A stretch of 64,000 bases of DNA from the NCBI RefSeq assembly GCF_006345805.1, contig NC_043000.1, forward strand, positions 136,276,001-136,340,000. The letters are read 5' to 3'. Source of the stretch: Octopus sinensis. Its lineage: Eukaryota. Below, in pieces: positions 12,317 through 25,320 of this stretch. The notes below the pieces were generated by a model, which saw nothing but the letters and a program-made list of their open reading frames with translations, had not been told where the DNA came from and searched no databases. Numbering within the stretch: position 1 is the first letter of the stretch; every line of letters begins with the position of its first letter. The position numbers and the translations under genes are program-made.

Positions 12317-13546
12317 TAAATGTAATTCAATAAATAAAATAGGATCCTTAAAGACATGAAACAGCTAATCAGTATGGTGATGCTCTAAAGCATTTCTACT
12401 TGGAACAAACCATAAACTCTCTTCATCTTCTAGGGAAAAGTGAAACCTACTTTTACATGGATACTATTTTCCAGTTACCATGCCAAGTCTTAAGAAATTT
12501 TATGGGTAGCATGGCCAGGTCAAAGATATCTCAATGTTGTTTAGAATCCTAGACTCAAGAGCTTTACTATATTTTCGTCTTTTGTACCTCCAATACTCTG
12601 AAGAATGATTTTGAAGTTATTCATATACACAAATTCCATAGATCATACTAATATAACAACAGAAGTAATTATTCAACTCTTTGGTCAATATTTCAACCAG
12701 GAAACCCTTGGAACAAATAAATTCCTAAACATCTAGCGCAAATATCTAACAAGAGCAAATCACCAAGACAGCTTTGACTAGTGGGAAACTGAACACAAAT
12801 TTTCCTCTAATGGTACCTTACCATCTCAAAAATAGAGTGACATATAGTAAAATGTAATCTTGAATCTAGAGTGTCAGTGAAGACAGGATAGTTATAGGTG
12901 GAATACCTTTGATCATAGCTCTGCTTCATCAAAGAGGTGATCTAGCACGAAACAACAACAGCAGCACCTTTATAAGTACACATGAAGCATTGGCAAAAGA
13001 TTTTTGTATTCTTGTTAGTAAATCAGGGACAACACTGGTCTTATCCATTAGTAGAAGACTCAACTAATTAGTTGTTTTATTACATTTGAGAATACAGAAA
13101 TTTCTCTAAATTACAAAGCTGTGTGTAACATGTCTCTTTATCACAAATAAGATTCTCATACAAACTAATAAGGGTGCCTTTGAGCAGTCGCTTGACCTAG
13201 AAGAAAACACAGCCAATTGCTTTCGACATATTGAGTAATGTAGTTCTAAAAACACAAAAAGACTGGATGACTGGATGATTATAGACTGAATACCTTTGAT
13301 CAAATAATAGGCCTCATAGGTAAAACATAGTTTAACCATTATTACTAGATGCTTGATAAACTAGAGAAAATAAATGTTTTTTAGTAAATGATCACTGAAT
13401 GGTATGACTACATAGAACAATGACTTTGAATGATACCCAGGGACACCTGGTACATGAAAAACAAATAGTAAAGCGGGCACTATCAAACTTTATATAGAGA
13501 ACCAATGAATATTGATAAGGCATAAAGAACCAATGAATATTGATAT

Positions 13547-13950
13547 AGGTGTAGGAGTGGCTGTGTGGTAAGTAGCTTACTTATGAACCACATGGTTCCG
13601 GGTTCAGTCCCACTGTGTGGCACCTTGGGCAAGTGTCTTCTACTATAGCCTCGGGCCGACCAAAGCCTTGTGAGTGGATTTGGGAGATGGAAACTGAAAG
13701 AAGCCCATCGTATATATGTATATATATATATTATATATATATGTGTGTATGTGTTTATATGTTTGTGTGTCTGTGTTTGTCCCCCAACATCTCTTGACAA
13801 CCAATGCTGGTGTGTTTATGTCCCTGTAACTTAGCAGTTCAGCAAAAGAAACTGATAGAATAAGTACTAGGCTTACAAAGAATAAGTCCTGGGGTCGATT
13901 TACTCAACTAAAGGCTGTGCTCCAGCATGAAACAAGTAAAAGAGTAAAAA
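13547..13950 (+). mobile_element. SINE family A, near full length
   Basis: Matches the 7386 consensus, with a short deletion before the tail. Confidence 0.9.
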
Positions 13951-14169
13951 AGTAAAATTTAAATTTTTCCTGTCTTCAGTAGAAAAACACATTAACTTCA
14001 AGACTAATTTTGCTCAAGTAAGTCAAGGGAGACAACTACAGAATTTAAATTACATGTGATTAATCAAATTAGAATGTAACATGGAGTGTATTTGACCTTT
14101 AATGGCAGGGACAAGACAAAGCACCTTTAGTTTTATTAGATGTCAGACACTGATATACAAAACGATATG

Positions 14170-14450
14170 CCAGAATAGGAAACCTTTATGTGGTCATTCC
14201 TTCTACAAGTAGTGACATCCCAAACTTATTCACATCATAAACTACTGTCTTCAAAAAAAAAAAACAGAGACATTGGACGATGTAATCTGAGGTAGACTAT
14301 GCCTAAAGAAAGATGCTGAGAAGTAATGGCTGCAATGCCTCTATTCATAGATCTGCTCAACAACAACAACAACAATAGCATTGTATAGAATGCCTTTGAT
14401 CACAGATCTACTTGATTAGAGTTGATCTAACTCTAAACAATAATAACAAT
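14170..14450 (+). mobile_element. Older SINE-like family with (CAA)n tail; related fragments at about 11865, 12870-12960, 13200-13320 and 59780-59830 (minus)
   Basis: Recurring GAATRCCTTTGATCAYAG.TCT and TAGAAATAGCAGCCAAATCTCCCTC blocks followed by (ACA)n. Confidence 0.55.
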
Positions 14451-14914
14451 ACTCAGTCAAACTGACACCTTTATGGATAAACTAACTTTTATACATGGAT
14501 TATTTTGTAGATTTTGAAAGGAATTGTAACCAGTTGGGCAATGCAATACAAACAACGTCAGGCTTTTGAAAAAATATTTATGATATCATTGCTTAAAAAC
14601 CTCTTTGGAGAGATGTAAATGTATGAAGACGCTTAAATACAGTTACATAACAATATTGAAAGTAATGGATCGGAGAAGCTTATAAATAAATGAACAAAAG
14701 ATATGGCAATATAAATGAAAGCCAAAACAATATAAGAATATTATTGGCACATTAAACTAGTACTAGTGCAGAACTTAACACAAACAATACATTAATAGGA
14801 AGTAATATATTAGTGATACTCATAAAAAAATTATCGCTGGAATGAATTGGAAAATGAATAACATAATCATACTAGTCAACGTAAAAATGTAATTCTAGAA
14901 CACACTAAAACATA

Positions 14915-15032
14915 ACTCTTTTACTCTTTACTCTTTTACTTGTTTCAGTCATTTGATTGCGGCCATGCTGGAGCACCGCCTCTAGTCAAGCAAATTGACC
15001 CCAGGTCTTATTCTTTGTAAGCCCAGTACTTA
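14915..15032 (-). mobile_element. SINE family A, 3-prime fragment
   Basis: Tail and 3-prime body only. Confidence 0.85.
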
Positions 15033-15277
15033 TAAAATGTATTCTAGAAAATCTGGCAGAATTTGGAAGAGACACTCCTCCTCTATTGAAAAAGTGAATT
15101 TGCTGATTCTTTTCTGCTGAATTGCAGTTTCCTACATTATGCATATAATTCCAGAAACAATTTTCAGAAAGTCATGAGTGGAGAAGCAAAATAGGGTGTG
15201 CACACTGAAGCAGAGCAGTGGGAATTAAAGAAACTGAATTTGTTAGACAATTTTTTTACTAAATAATAATCTCATAT

Positions 15278-15690
15278 AGGAGTGGCTGTGTGGTAAGTAG
15301 CTTGCTAACCAACCACATGGTTCCGGGTTCAGTCCCACTGCGTGGCATCTTGGGCAAGTGTCTTCTGCTATAGCCCCGGGTCGACCAATGCCTTGTGAGT
15401 GGATTTGGTAGATGGAAACTGAAAGAAGCCTGTCGTATATATGTGTATATATATGTGTGTGTATATGTTTGTGTGTCTGTGTTTGTCCCCCTAGCATTGC
15501 TTGACAACCGATGCTGGTGTGTTTATGTCCCCGTCACTTAGCGGTTCGGCAAAAGAGACCGATAGAATAAGTACTGGGCTTACAAAGAATAAGTTCCGGG
15601 GACGATTTGCTCGACTAAAGGTGGTGCTCCGGCATGGCCTCAGTCAAATGACTGAAACAAGTAAAAGAGTAAAAGAGAGTAAAAGAGTAT
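15278..15690 (+). mobile_element. SINE family A, full length
   Basis: High similarity to the 7386 copy, many CpGs retained. Confidence 0.9.
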
Positions 15691-15764
15691 AAAACATAAA
15701 ATTCAGAAAAGAATTTTTACAGAAAATGATATTATTGCCAGTTGTATATTCTAATCTCTTTCTC

Positions 15765-15937
15765 TTTTTCTCTTTTTACTTGTTTCAGTCATTTTGTCTG
15801 TGGCCTTGCTGGTGCACCTCCTTTAATCGAGCAACTCGACCCCGGGACTTATTCTTTATAAGCCCAGTACTTATTCTATCGGTCTCTTTTGCTGAACCGC
15901 TAAGTTACGGGGACATAAACACACCAGCATCGGTTGT
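15765..15937 (-). mobile_element. SINE family A, 3-prime half, fused to the mariner left TIR
   Basis: Ends ..CAGCATCGGTTGT directly before TGATCAATAAGTATCC. Confidence 0.85.
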
Positions 15938-15938
15938 T

Positions 15939-16645
15939 TGATCAATAAGTATCCAGACTGTTGCCATAGTAATGAAGCTAAAGCACACAGAATAAAGCTG
16001 CTTGGCACTGATTGATCTTGTCCTCTGCTATACATGTGCACTAAGTTTTAATGTTATAGCTCACAATCAAGGAGATATTGTGCCACTGAAACCCAAGTGA
16101 CATTTTGGTCAGCTGAAGACAGTTTTGGCACAAACTTGGCAGACATGCGTCTCATACCCAAATCTTCAGTGATAATGGACTGAACTGTAACTAATCTGCA
16201 CATCCCCTGATAAATCGCAGATGGGGATTCAGCGATTTCCCCTCACAGTTGCATGCACAGCTGAGATGTTTTTATCAGTTTCAGTGGTTGCAGGTCTCCT
16301 AGAACGTTCGTCAATATCAACCTTTTTCGGCTGTCTTGGAAACGTCCAACCCCCTTGTACAATTGTGTGCTGCTCATATACTCTTCTCCATACACTTTCT
16401 GCAATTTAGGCCTCTGAGCAGGTATTGCCATGACAACTTTGTCTGTCATGGTCAATGTGACAATCATGTGCTACACACCTTCCTACCAAGCACTGCTGTA
16501 AACAGCAGAAGTAAGCCAGAATGCTATAAATTTGTGTGCATGCACAGCAGAGTTCAAGGTCAATCTTTGCTGAGCAGCTTCACTCTAGGTGCTTTAGCTT
16601 CGTTACTATGGCAACAGTTCGGATATTTATTGATCAGACAACGTA
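15939..16645 (-). mobile_element. Mariner (Tc1/mariner) deletion derivative
   Basis: TIRs GATCAATAAGTATCCAGACTGTTGCCATAGTAATGAAGCTAAAGCAC and GTGCTTTAGCTTCGTTACTATGGCAACAGTTCGGATATTTATTGATC, right end ..CGTA. Minus-strand HTH region KLQKVYGEEYMSSTQLYK..RFQ and SIITEDLGMRRMSAKFVPK. No catalytic domain seen. Confidence 0.92.
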
Positions 16646-16854
16646 TATGTATTTTAAAGTTTGTTTTTGCGTTCAGTTATAATAAAAACAATTTTGCATT
16701 AATCTGATGAGTTACTCTATACTTTGGTAGAATACAAATTTATCATTCTTAAATAAGAAACTTGTTGACAGTGACTTTGACATTTCGTCAATGTTGGCTT
16801 AGCTGACCAAAACTTCAATGTCACTGTCAACAACATTCTTGTTTAAGAATAATC

Positions 16855-17180
16855 TATATATGTATGTATGCATGTATGTATGCATGTATGTATGTATGTA
16901 TATATGTATGTATGCATGTATGTATGCATGCATGCATGTATGTATGTATGTATCTATCTATCTATCTATATATATATATGTATGTATGTGTACGTATGTA
17001 TGTATGTATGTATGTGTACGTATGTATGTATGTATGTATGTAAGTATGTATGTATGTATGTATCTATCTATCTATATCTATATGTATGTATGTATGCATC
17101 TATCTATCTATCTATCTATCTATCTACATATATATATATATGTACATATATATGTATATACGCACACGTGTATGTGTGAA
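16855..17180. repeat. Compound (TATG)n/(TATC)n/(TA)n microsatellite
   Basis: Direct reading. Confidence 0.97.
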
Positions 17181-17261
17181 TGATTGTGAATGGACAATGC
17201 AGTCATAAAAATTTTTGTATTCTTTTGTGTCACATAAGTGCTTTATTATTGCCGTTTTTGT

Positions 17262-17368
17262 TATTATCATTATTACTATTATTATTACTATTACTATTAT
17301 TACTACTTCTGCTGCTACTACTACTACTGCTGCTGCTGCTCTTGTTGTTACTGTTGCTGTTACTACTA
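17262..17368. repeat. Mixed (TTA/CTA/CTG/TTG)n trinucleotide tract
   Basis: Direct reading. Confidence 0.9.
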
Positions 17369-17639
17369 AAATATGAATGGAAATGAATAGGAGAAAGATT
17401 TAAGAATAACACTAAGATATTACCAACAAAAGCTCCTAAGCACACTGAGTCTGATACAATTGAGCAAAACAAAAACTGTTCTGTCTGAGAATCACGAAGG
17501 CTGAATTGTTGGTTCCGCCACTTTTTTTTTTTTTTTTTTTTGCTTAAGGCAAAGCTTCCCAATCAGAAACTGCCAAAATAAACATAATGAGTCTGATTAA
17601 AATATATAACCACAAAATCTGTGCTGAACCTAAAAGAGG

Positions 17640-18010
17640 AAAACAGGAAAATATGAAAGAGAGGAAATTGAACTTTGAAGGAAAGAAACTTCACTCAGTG
17701 CTTTACAATAACTCAAAAGAGGGAAGAGATGATAAAGAGAACTGGTTATGGCTAAAGAAAGGAGTATTGAATAAGGAGAGCGAGGTAATGATCTCAGCAG
17801 CACAGTAACAGATATTATTGGTAAACTGGATCAAGAGGATGATAGATCAGCAGGGCTGCATGCACAAATGTTGATGTGCAATGAGGCAGTTGAACCCATA
17901 TTTTATTTCATGTAAGAATGACCTCTGAATGAATACAAGGAATGCAGGCATGATAAGGTTCTTGTAATAATTCACTGGAATTTTTGTAAGAAATTTGGCC
18001 TTGTAGGTGC
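17640..18010 (+). mobile_element. R4/Dong-like non-LTR relic (post-RT, zinc-knuckle and RHD region)
   Basis: KKLHS..WLWLKKGVLNKESEVMISAAQ*Q, then MCNEAVEPIF..EYKECRHDKVLVIIHWNFCKKFGL, typical of REL-endonuclease elements. Confidence 0.85.
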
Positions 18011-18023
18011 AGAAAGAAAAGCT

Positions 18024-18320
18024 GTGGGGGCACATTACCTAGTGGTTAGAGCAGCAGACTCGTGGTCGAGGGATCGCAGGTTCAAATCTCAGACCGGGCG
18101 ATGTGTGCGTTTATGAGTGAAACACATAAGCTCCATGTGGCTCCGACAGAGGGTAACGGTGAACTTCTGCTGACTCTTTCGCCACAACTTTCTCTCACTC
18201 TTTCCTCCTGCATCTTGCAGCTCACCTGCGACGGACCGGTGTCCCATCCAAGTGGGGAACCTATACACCAAGGAAACCGAGAAACTGGCCCTTATGAGCC
18301 AGGCATGGCTCTAGAAGGAA
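18024..18320 (+). mobile_element. SINE family C, full length
   Basis: A-box TAGTGGTTAGAG, B-box GGTTCAAATC, family C body. Confidence 0.85.
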
Positions 18321-18482
18321 CAAAAGAAAAGCTGAAATTATTTTGTGAAAATAGAAAAGCAAGGCTTTGAAAATGATGACTTGAAAGATTGTTGTACACT
18401 TCATTCCTCACAGTGGGCCACAAGTTGTGGTTTGATAGGAAGTTAGTAATTGTGTCTGATTTGAGAACAATATGAAAAATTT

Positions 18483-18895
18483 CAGGGGAGGGCATAAGTT
18501 GATCATATCAACGCCAGTGTTTAAGCGGTACTTATTTTATTGACTCCGGAATGATGAAAGTCAAGGTTGACAATAACAGAATTTTGAACTCAGAAAGTAA
18601 AAATGGATGAAATGCTGCTAAGCATTCTGTCCAGTGGGTTAACGATCATGCCAGCCTACCACCTGAATAATAATGATGATGATGATGATGATACTAATAA
18701 TCCCTTCTACTGAAGGCCCAAGGTCTGAAATTTTAGGGAGGGGACTAGGCAATTCACCGGTACTTGATTTATCAACTCTGAAAGGATGGAAGGCAAAGTT
18801 AACCTCGACAGAATTTGAACTCAGAATATAAAAACAGATTAAAATGCAGCAAAGCATTTTGCCCTGCATGCTAATGGTTTTGCCAACTCATCACC

Positions 18896-18928
<33 letters not shown>

Positions 18929-19010
18929 GTAATCCTTTGTACCATAGGTACAAGGGTAGAAATTTGGGGGAGGGGGATAGTCGATTACATTCACCCCAGT
19001 ACTTACTGCC
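18483..19010 (-). mobile_element. Cluster of three degraded SINE family B copies separated by (AAT/GAT)n
   Basis: Copies at about 18483-18662, 18700-18895 and 18930-19010 carry variants of GAAAGGATGAAAGGCAAAGT..GAATTTGAACTCAG (third is a tail fragment). Confidence 0.75.
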
Positions 19011-19011
19011 T

Positions 19012-19217
<206 letters not shown>

Positions 19218-19404
19218 AAGTGTTCTGATTGTTATGCAGTAGCTCTGAAGGATGGCATGGATTGAATGATTTTTTATTTCAAACTTTTCTTCATTTTTGT
19301 TACTAAGATTGGTTTTTGATCTATTTACAGTTTCAACTCAGACTAAATGCTTGTCAGGAGGTCATATAACCCAGCATATCACCAATATGACTTTATGATG
19401 TATA

Positions 19405-19610
19405 TATTTCTTTATTGCCCACCAGGGGCTAAACAAGGGATTAAGTCGATTAAATCAACCTCAATGTGTAAGTGGTACTTATTTAATTGACCCTGAAAAG
19501 ATGAAAGGCAAAGTCGACCTCGTCAGAATTTGAACTCACAACATAATGGCAGATGAAAAGCTGGTGAGTGTTTCTCCTGGCATGCTAACGTTTCTGCCAG
19601 CTCGTAGCCT
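19405..19610 (-). mobile_element. SINE family B
   Basis: Family B head and central block on minus. Confidence 0.85.
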
Positions 19611-21531
19611 TATGACTTTGTTATCTATAACATGCTAACATGGTCTTTGTCTGTAACTTATTCTCACACCCATTCCATTATGACCAATGAATATAAAAGA
19701 ATGAATGAACTTATTGAAGGGTCACTGGAACTCAGAGATAATGTCAATTTTCTATAAGCATAAGCCTTCTTCATTGCTGTTGTCTTTCATTGTTAACGCT
19801 TTAATTAGAATTGTCTGTGAAACAACCTGGGCAACACTATCTGATTCTTGAATGAGATTTAATGCTTTCCTTCTTTCGTCCTTCCTTCTTTTCTTTCTCT
19901 CTTTCATGCTTTCTTTTTTCTTTTTTTCTTTCTTTTTTTTTCTGTTTCCTTGTTTTAAGACAAAACAAAATTGTTTTCAGCCTACATCTAGATGGAAAAT
20001 ATGTTTTTTTTTTTCATTTGAGTTCTTTGAAAATAACATCCAATAAAAAAAAATTAGAAAAAAAAAGCCCACCTGAATACAGCAGCCAGTTCTTTCTGCT
20101 AGCCTAATAAAGATGGTTAACCTTAAACACTACTGGCTGCCTTCTATCAAGCCACTATCACCTGCAACCATTCACCACTACAACCCCCACCCACCACACA
20201 CCCACCTCTATTACCATCATCATCATCATCAGCTGCAGCTATCTATGTGGTGCATGTTAACATAATTATTAATTCATATCCTGTATCTTCTCACTGTGAG
20301 CTTTAACTTTCTATAAAATTAACCCATCCTATTGAATGAAATGTGTTCAATATTTTGAGTGCAAATAATTTCTGTCTTTTTTTTTTTAATAATAATAAAT
20401 ATAGTTTCCTTACACTTTGGAGACTTTTTGAAAAATAACATTTTAAAAAAATGGCAGTTGATGGTTAGAAAGTTTACACCACATTTCCATAATACAACAT
20501 ACAAAAGACATAGGTGTAAAAAAAAAAAACACACCGTCGCTATCGCCTTCATTATCATTGTCATCACTGGTGTTGTCACCATCACCATCATCATCATTCT
20601 GTATAGAGCCTGTTAACATAGTGATTAATTAATATCATGCATCTATCTCACTATGTGTTCAGGGTTAACCAGTGTATTTTGTGTGTGAATTGTTATAATA
20701 TACTTTTTAACACTTTACATATATTCTTGAAATAAATTAGAAAACGAGTAATTGTTAGCTTGAAGATTTAAACCATATTTTCATAGTATATGATACTTAA
20801 AAATATATAGTTGAAGAACATTGCCGCCATTTTGTTGTTTAAACAACACCTAGGTTCGTTTGTTGTTTGAAAAAATTTTTGACAAAAAGAATTCCAATTA
20901 TGAACATATTATTATTATCTTTTAGCTGAACCATGGCCATGCTGGGGCATCACCTTGAACGGTTTAGTTGAATAAATCAACCCAATCCAGTACAAATTTT
21001 TGAAGCTTGGTTATTATTCTATTGGTCTCTTTTGCTGAAGCACTAAGTTATGGGCCATAAACAAACCAACATCAGTTGTCAAACAGTGACAGAGGACAAA
21101 CACCCGTACAAACCAAGTACAAACACAAGTACAAACAACACACACACACCTGCACACATACATGCACACATGCACAGACACACACATTGTATGGTAACTG
21201 CTTCACCTCCACAGTTAATTACTGTTTCCTTACATTTTCTTATTGGCCAGCAGCATTTCTAACTTTCCATCCATGACCTCTCAGATGACTACACAGTCAT
21301 GTTGCAGATCTGCATGGTCTGGAGCATAGGTGTCAGATGAAAATTGTAACATACTGTGTGGTTCTAACTGGTTGGGTCTGCACATGTCACCACTGTTCCA
21401 TTGCCATAGGACTTTGTGAAGATAAGCAGCCTAGAGGTTAGGATGTTGCACTCATGATCATCAGATTGTATGTTCAATTCCTGAACCAGGTGGTATGTTG
21501 TGTTCTGGAGCAAAACACTTCATTTCATATT

Positions 21532-21747
21532 CTTTTCTACTCTAGGCACAAGGCCCGAAATTTTTTGGGGGATAGGGCCAGTTGATTAGACCGAGCCCAG
21601 TATGCAACTGGTACTTAAATTATCAACCCCGAAAGGATGAAAGGCAAAGTCAACCTCAGTGGAATTTGAACTCAGAACATAAAGACAGACGAAATACCAC
21701 TAGGCATTTCGCCTGGCGTGCTAACCTTTCTGCCAGCTCACTGCCTT
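21532..21747 (-). mobile_element. SINE family B (GGCCTTGTGCCTAGAGTAGAAAAG-tail variant) inserted in an older SINE
   Basis: 17-bp TSD ACACTTCATTTYATATT at 21515-21531 and 21748-21764. Confidence 0.88.
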
Positions 21748-22059
21748 ACACTTCATTTTATATTGTTCAAGTCCTGTGTGGGGATTGGCATGTCAAAGAA
21801 GGCATCCACTGTTTCTTCTGTGTGTTGTAAAAGGTGACTAAAAGAGGTTGAAGTAGGATTTGCACTCCTGCTTCATAGAACCTTCACTAGCATCGACTAC
21901 CCAAATAGACTCATAGGCTGGAGGGTAGTCACCTGAGTGGTGCAGAGTCATCATACACCAGTGTTGGCAATGAATCATCAACAAATGCTGGATGCAGTGA
22001 CATGCTGTTATAGTTCATTCCCCCTTACTACTGCAATTACTATTATTACTACTACTACT

Positions 22060-22645
22060 ACTTCCTTTATAAGACTTTCAATGATCATCAAAAAAAAAAG
22101 TAAAGACCATCTTCAGTCATGAATGACCATGGGATTACACCTAGAAAGTTCTCCTCCAAGGCACAAGTCCAGGTAAGGTTGTTTATGGAAGACCAGCAGT
22201 CACTGATGCATACCAGCCTCCCCTTTCCATGCCACTGATATTATCTGAGGGCACTTCATTTCATATTCTTTTCTACTCTAGGCACAAGGTCCGAAAGTTT
22301 TTGGGGGACAGGGCCAAGTTGATTAGATCAAGCCCAGTATGCAAGTGGTATTTAATTTATCGATCCCGAAAGGATGAAAGGCAAAGTCACCCTCGGTGGA
22401 ATTTGAACTCAAAACATAAAGACAGATGAAACACCACTAGGTATTTTGCCTGGCATGCTAACGTTTCTGCATCCTGTAGTGGCTGATACAGCTTGGCACC
22501 AGTGACTTTGCGACTTATTTCTACAGCTGAGTGAACTGGAGCAACATGAAATAAAGTGACTTGCTCAAGAACACAACACGCAGCCCAGTCTGAGAATTGA
22601 ACTCACTACCTCATGATTGTGAGCCCAATGCTCTAACCACTGAGC
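22060..22645 (-). mobile_element. Older tRNA-head SINE interrupted by a family B segment (22252-22470)
   Basis: tRNA-like head on minus at about 22570-22645. Body CTACAGCTGAGTGAACTGGAGCAAC. Inserted block resembles 21516-21735. Confidence 0.7.
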
Positions 22646-23999
22646 CATATGCCTTTGATCATTAAGATCACCATAAACAGACATGTGTATGTCATTGAAT
22701 TATAGTGATAAACTCTTGTGCAACACAAGTACCATTCTTTGAATCTCCATGATCAGTACCTAGTGACAGGCTGAAGCAAGATGGCTGGTAACCCTGTAAA
22801 ACTGCAGCTTTTACATCAGAGCATCCCACTTTTTGATGGATGCTGTGACAACAGCTAAGGGTCCCTCACTCCTGGTTTTACTGCAGACCCTGACACTAAC
22901 CAAGAGTATTTCTGTGTCACTGCTCTTAGATTGTCATTACATATAACAGTTAACCCATAGCTGTGACCCTGACAGGTGCTACTATTCTGGGTCAGAGTAG
23001 ACCTGAGAACAATGGTAGATAAGACATGGTTCCACATTACTTCATCCTCTGGAACTCTTGAACCAGAGTTCCACTACAGGATGTGGTTTAAAGTCATACC
23101 CAAGACAGACACATATAAATATATACATATATGCATACACACACATGTATATGAATATATATATTTCTATCCACCAAATTCATTCACTGGCTTGGGTGCC
23201 ACATAGTGGGACTGAACCTGAAACCACATGGTTGCCAAACCAGCTTTCTAATCACACAGCCATACCTGCACCCATCCGCAGCTATATATAATATTTAAAC
23301 ATAGAAACTTTTTTATTAACCCTCAAAGAATAAATGGCAACATTAACCATGTCAGGATTTGAACTCAGAGCACAAAGAGTCAGAATAAGTGTAGCTATGT
23401 ACACTCTATCTCACACTCTGATTGTTCTGCTAATTTGCTACCTTTTTTTTTTTAATATTACCATGGAAAATTCCATATGCTTCTGGTGTCTATATGATTT
23501 CCAAACCTGAAAGAAATATACAACCTCTAGAAACTATTTCTACTGACAATTCTAAGATATAAATTAGAATTCCAGAAATTTGAAGAATCTCTGTCGAGTA
23601 TATTGATTATTGGTTCAATAGAAAAACTTCTGACCATAGCTAGTGATGACAGAGAAAACAAAATCTGGGCTACCACACCAGGATTCTCTTCATTTTCCTT
23701 GTCTCATGACCTCATACTTTATAATAAGGGCTGTTGTCACTATTAATAATGTCCAAAATGTTTCTGGATGCACTTGTCAATTGTTGATGTCAAATGGGAA
23801 CATGTTGGCTTCTTGGCTTCTCATTAAATTTTCACTTTCGATAGGTGAAAGAAAAAAAAAGAAAAACCTCTCAAGTATTTGAGAGCGTAGGTGGCAAGAA
23901 AGAAACTAGATGCAGCATTTTACATAGCACCATATATAAAATTGCCATCAACTGACACCTTGCGATTGTCAGCCTTATCAGAAGAAGCAGATGCCATTT

Positions 24000-24480
24000 G
24001 CATATCATCAACATCATCAGCACTATAACCCCCCACCCCCACAACAACCACCACCACCACCACCACCACCATCACCCCCTCATCCTTCTCCATCTCCTCA
24101 TCATCATTGTTCTTGCCATCTTCTTCCTTCTTCTCCTCCTTAACATCCTCCTATTTCTCCACCTTTTCTTCATCATCGTCATCACCATCACCATCATCAT
24201 CATCATCATCATCACTGCCACCAAAAACCTCAACACTAACAAAGAATCCACCACCATCACCATCACCACCACCTCATCCTTCTCCATCTCCTCCTCATCA
24301 TTGTCCTTGCCATCTTCTTCCTTCTTTTCCTCCTTAACATCCTCCTATTTCTTCACCTTCTCTTCATCATCAACATCATCATCACTGCCACCACAAACCT
24401 CATCATTAACAAAGCCACCACCAGCACCAGGACCATCACCACCACCACCACACCACCACCACCACTGTCATCCTCCCTCC
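24000..24480. repeat. (CAC/CAT/CTT) low-complexity tract with a 194-bp internal duplication
   Basis: CTCATCCTTCTCCATCTCC..CTTGCCATCTTCTTCCTTCTT..CCTTAACATCCTCCTATTTCT at 24079 and 24273. Confidence 0.9.
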
Positions 24481-24879
24481 TACACCATGTCTACTCTTCC
24501 CTCCACTCACATCATCCATAGCCAATTTCTGTAATTGTTTGCTCCTTCTAAAATATCAGAACAATGAAAGAATGCCACCAATAAAACAAAGTGGTAAAAG
24601 TAGGTAGTCTTTTGCTATGATTATATTTTATTGAAATACAAGTTCAGAACAGAAAAAAAAAATAGTGACATATTGGGAATCAAAAGCAATATATTTATTT
24701 CATTTAACCAATTCTGGCTTATATTTTTATATATAATATATTGATTAACATGTTACTAATAAATTAATCCTATCACACACACACACACACTCACACACCT
24801 GCACAAGGTTTAGACATATTCATGTAAACACTTATATACATTCATTGCATTATACTTGTTTCCTGTGGTGAATATACAT

Positions 24880-25033
24880 AGATTTACATACATATATATA
24901 TACATACATGCATATATGTATATGTGTGTGTATGTGTGTGTGTGTGTGTGTGTATGTATGTGTGTGTTTGTGTTACCTTATATGTATAAATATATAAAAG
25001 AGTAGTTATTTTTATGTGTATGGTATATATAAT

Positions 25034-25067
<34 letters not shown>

Positions 25068-25135
25068 ATGTATATATATATAGAGAGAGAGAGAAGGAGA
25101 TAGATATAGATTTATATATACAACACACTCATATG

Positions 25136-25175
<40 letters not shown>

Positions 25176-25320
25176 TTATGTATATAAGTATATACATGTG
25201 TGTGTATATATATATATATATAACTGTATTTCGACCCATGCCAACATGGAAAATGGCATTAACTGATGATAATGCTGCTGCTGCTTATGATAATGATGAT
25301 GATGATGACGATGATGATAA
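24880..25320. repeat. (TA)n/(TG)n/(GA)n/(GAT)n microsatellite cluster
   Basis: Direct reading. Confidence 0.9.

Noticed and set aside
20255-20660. Weak direct repeat TGTTAACATA..TTAATT.ATATC..TCTCACT at 20255 and 20611, each after (CAT)n
   Set aside because: It is short, diverged and AT-rich. An old duplication is possible but there is no support for function.
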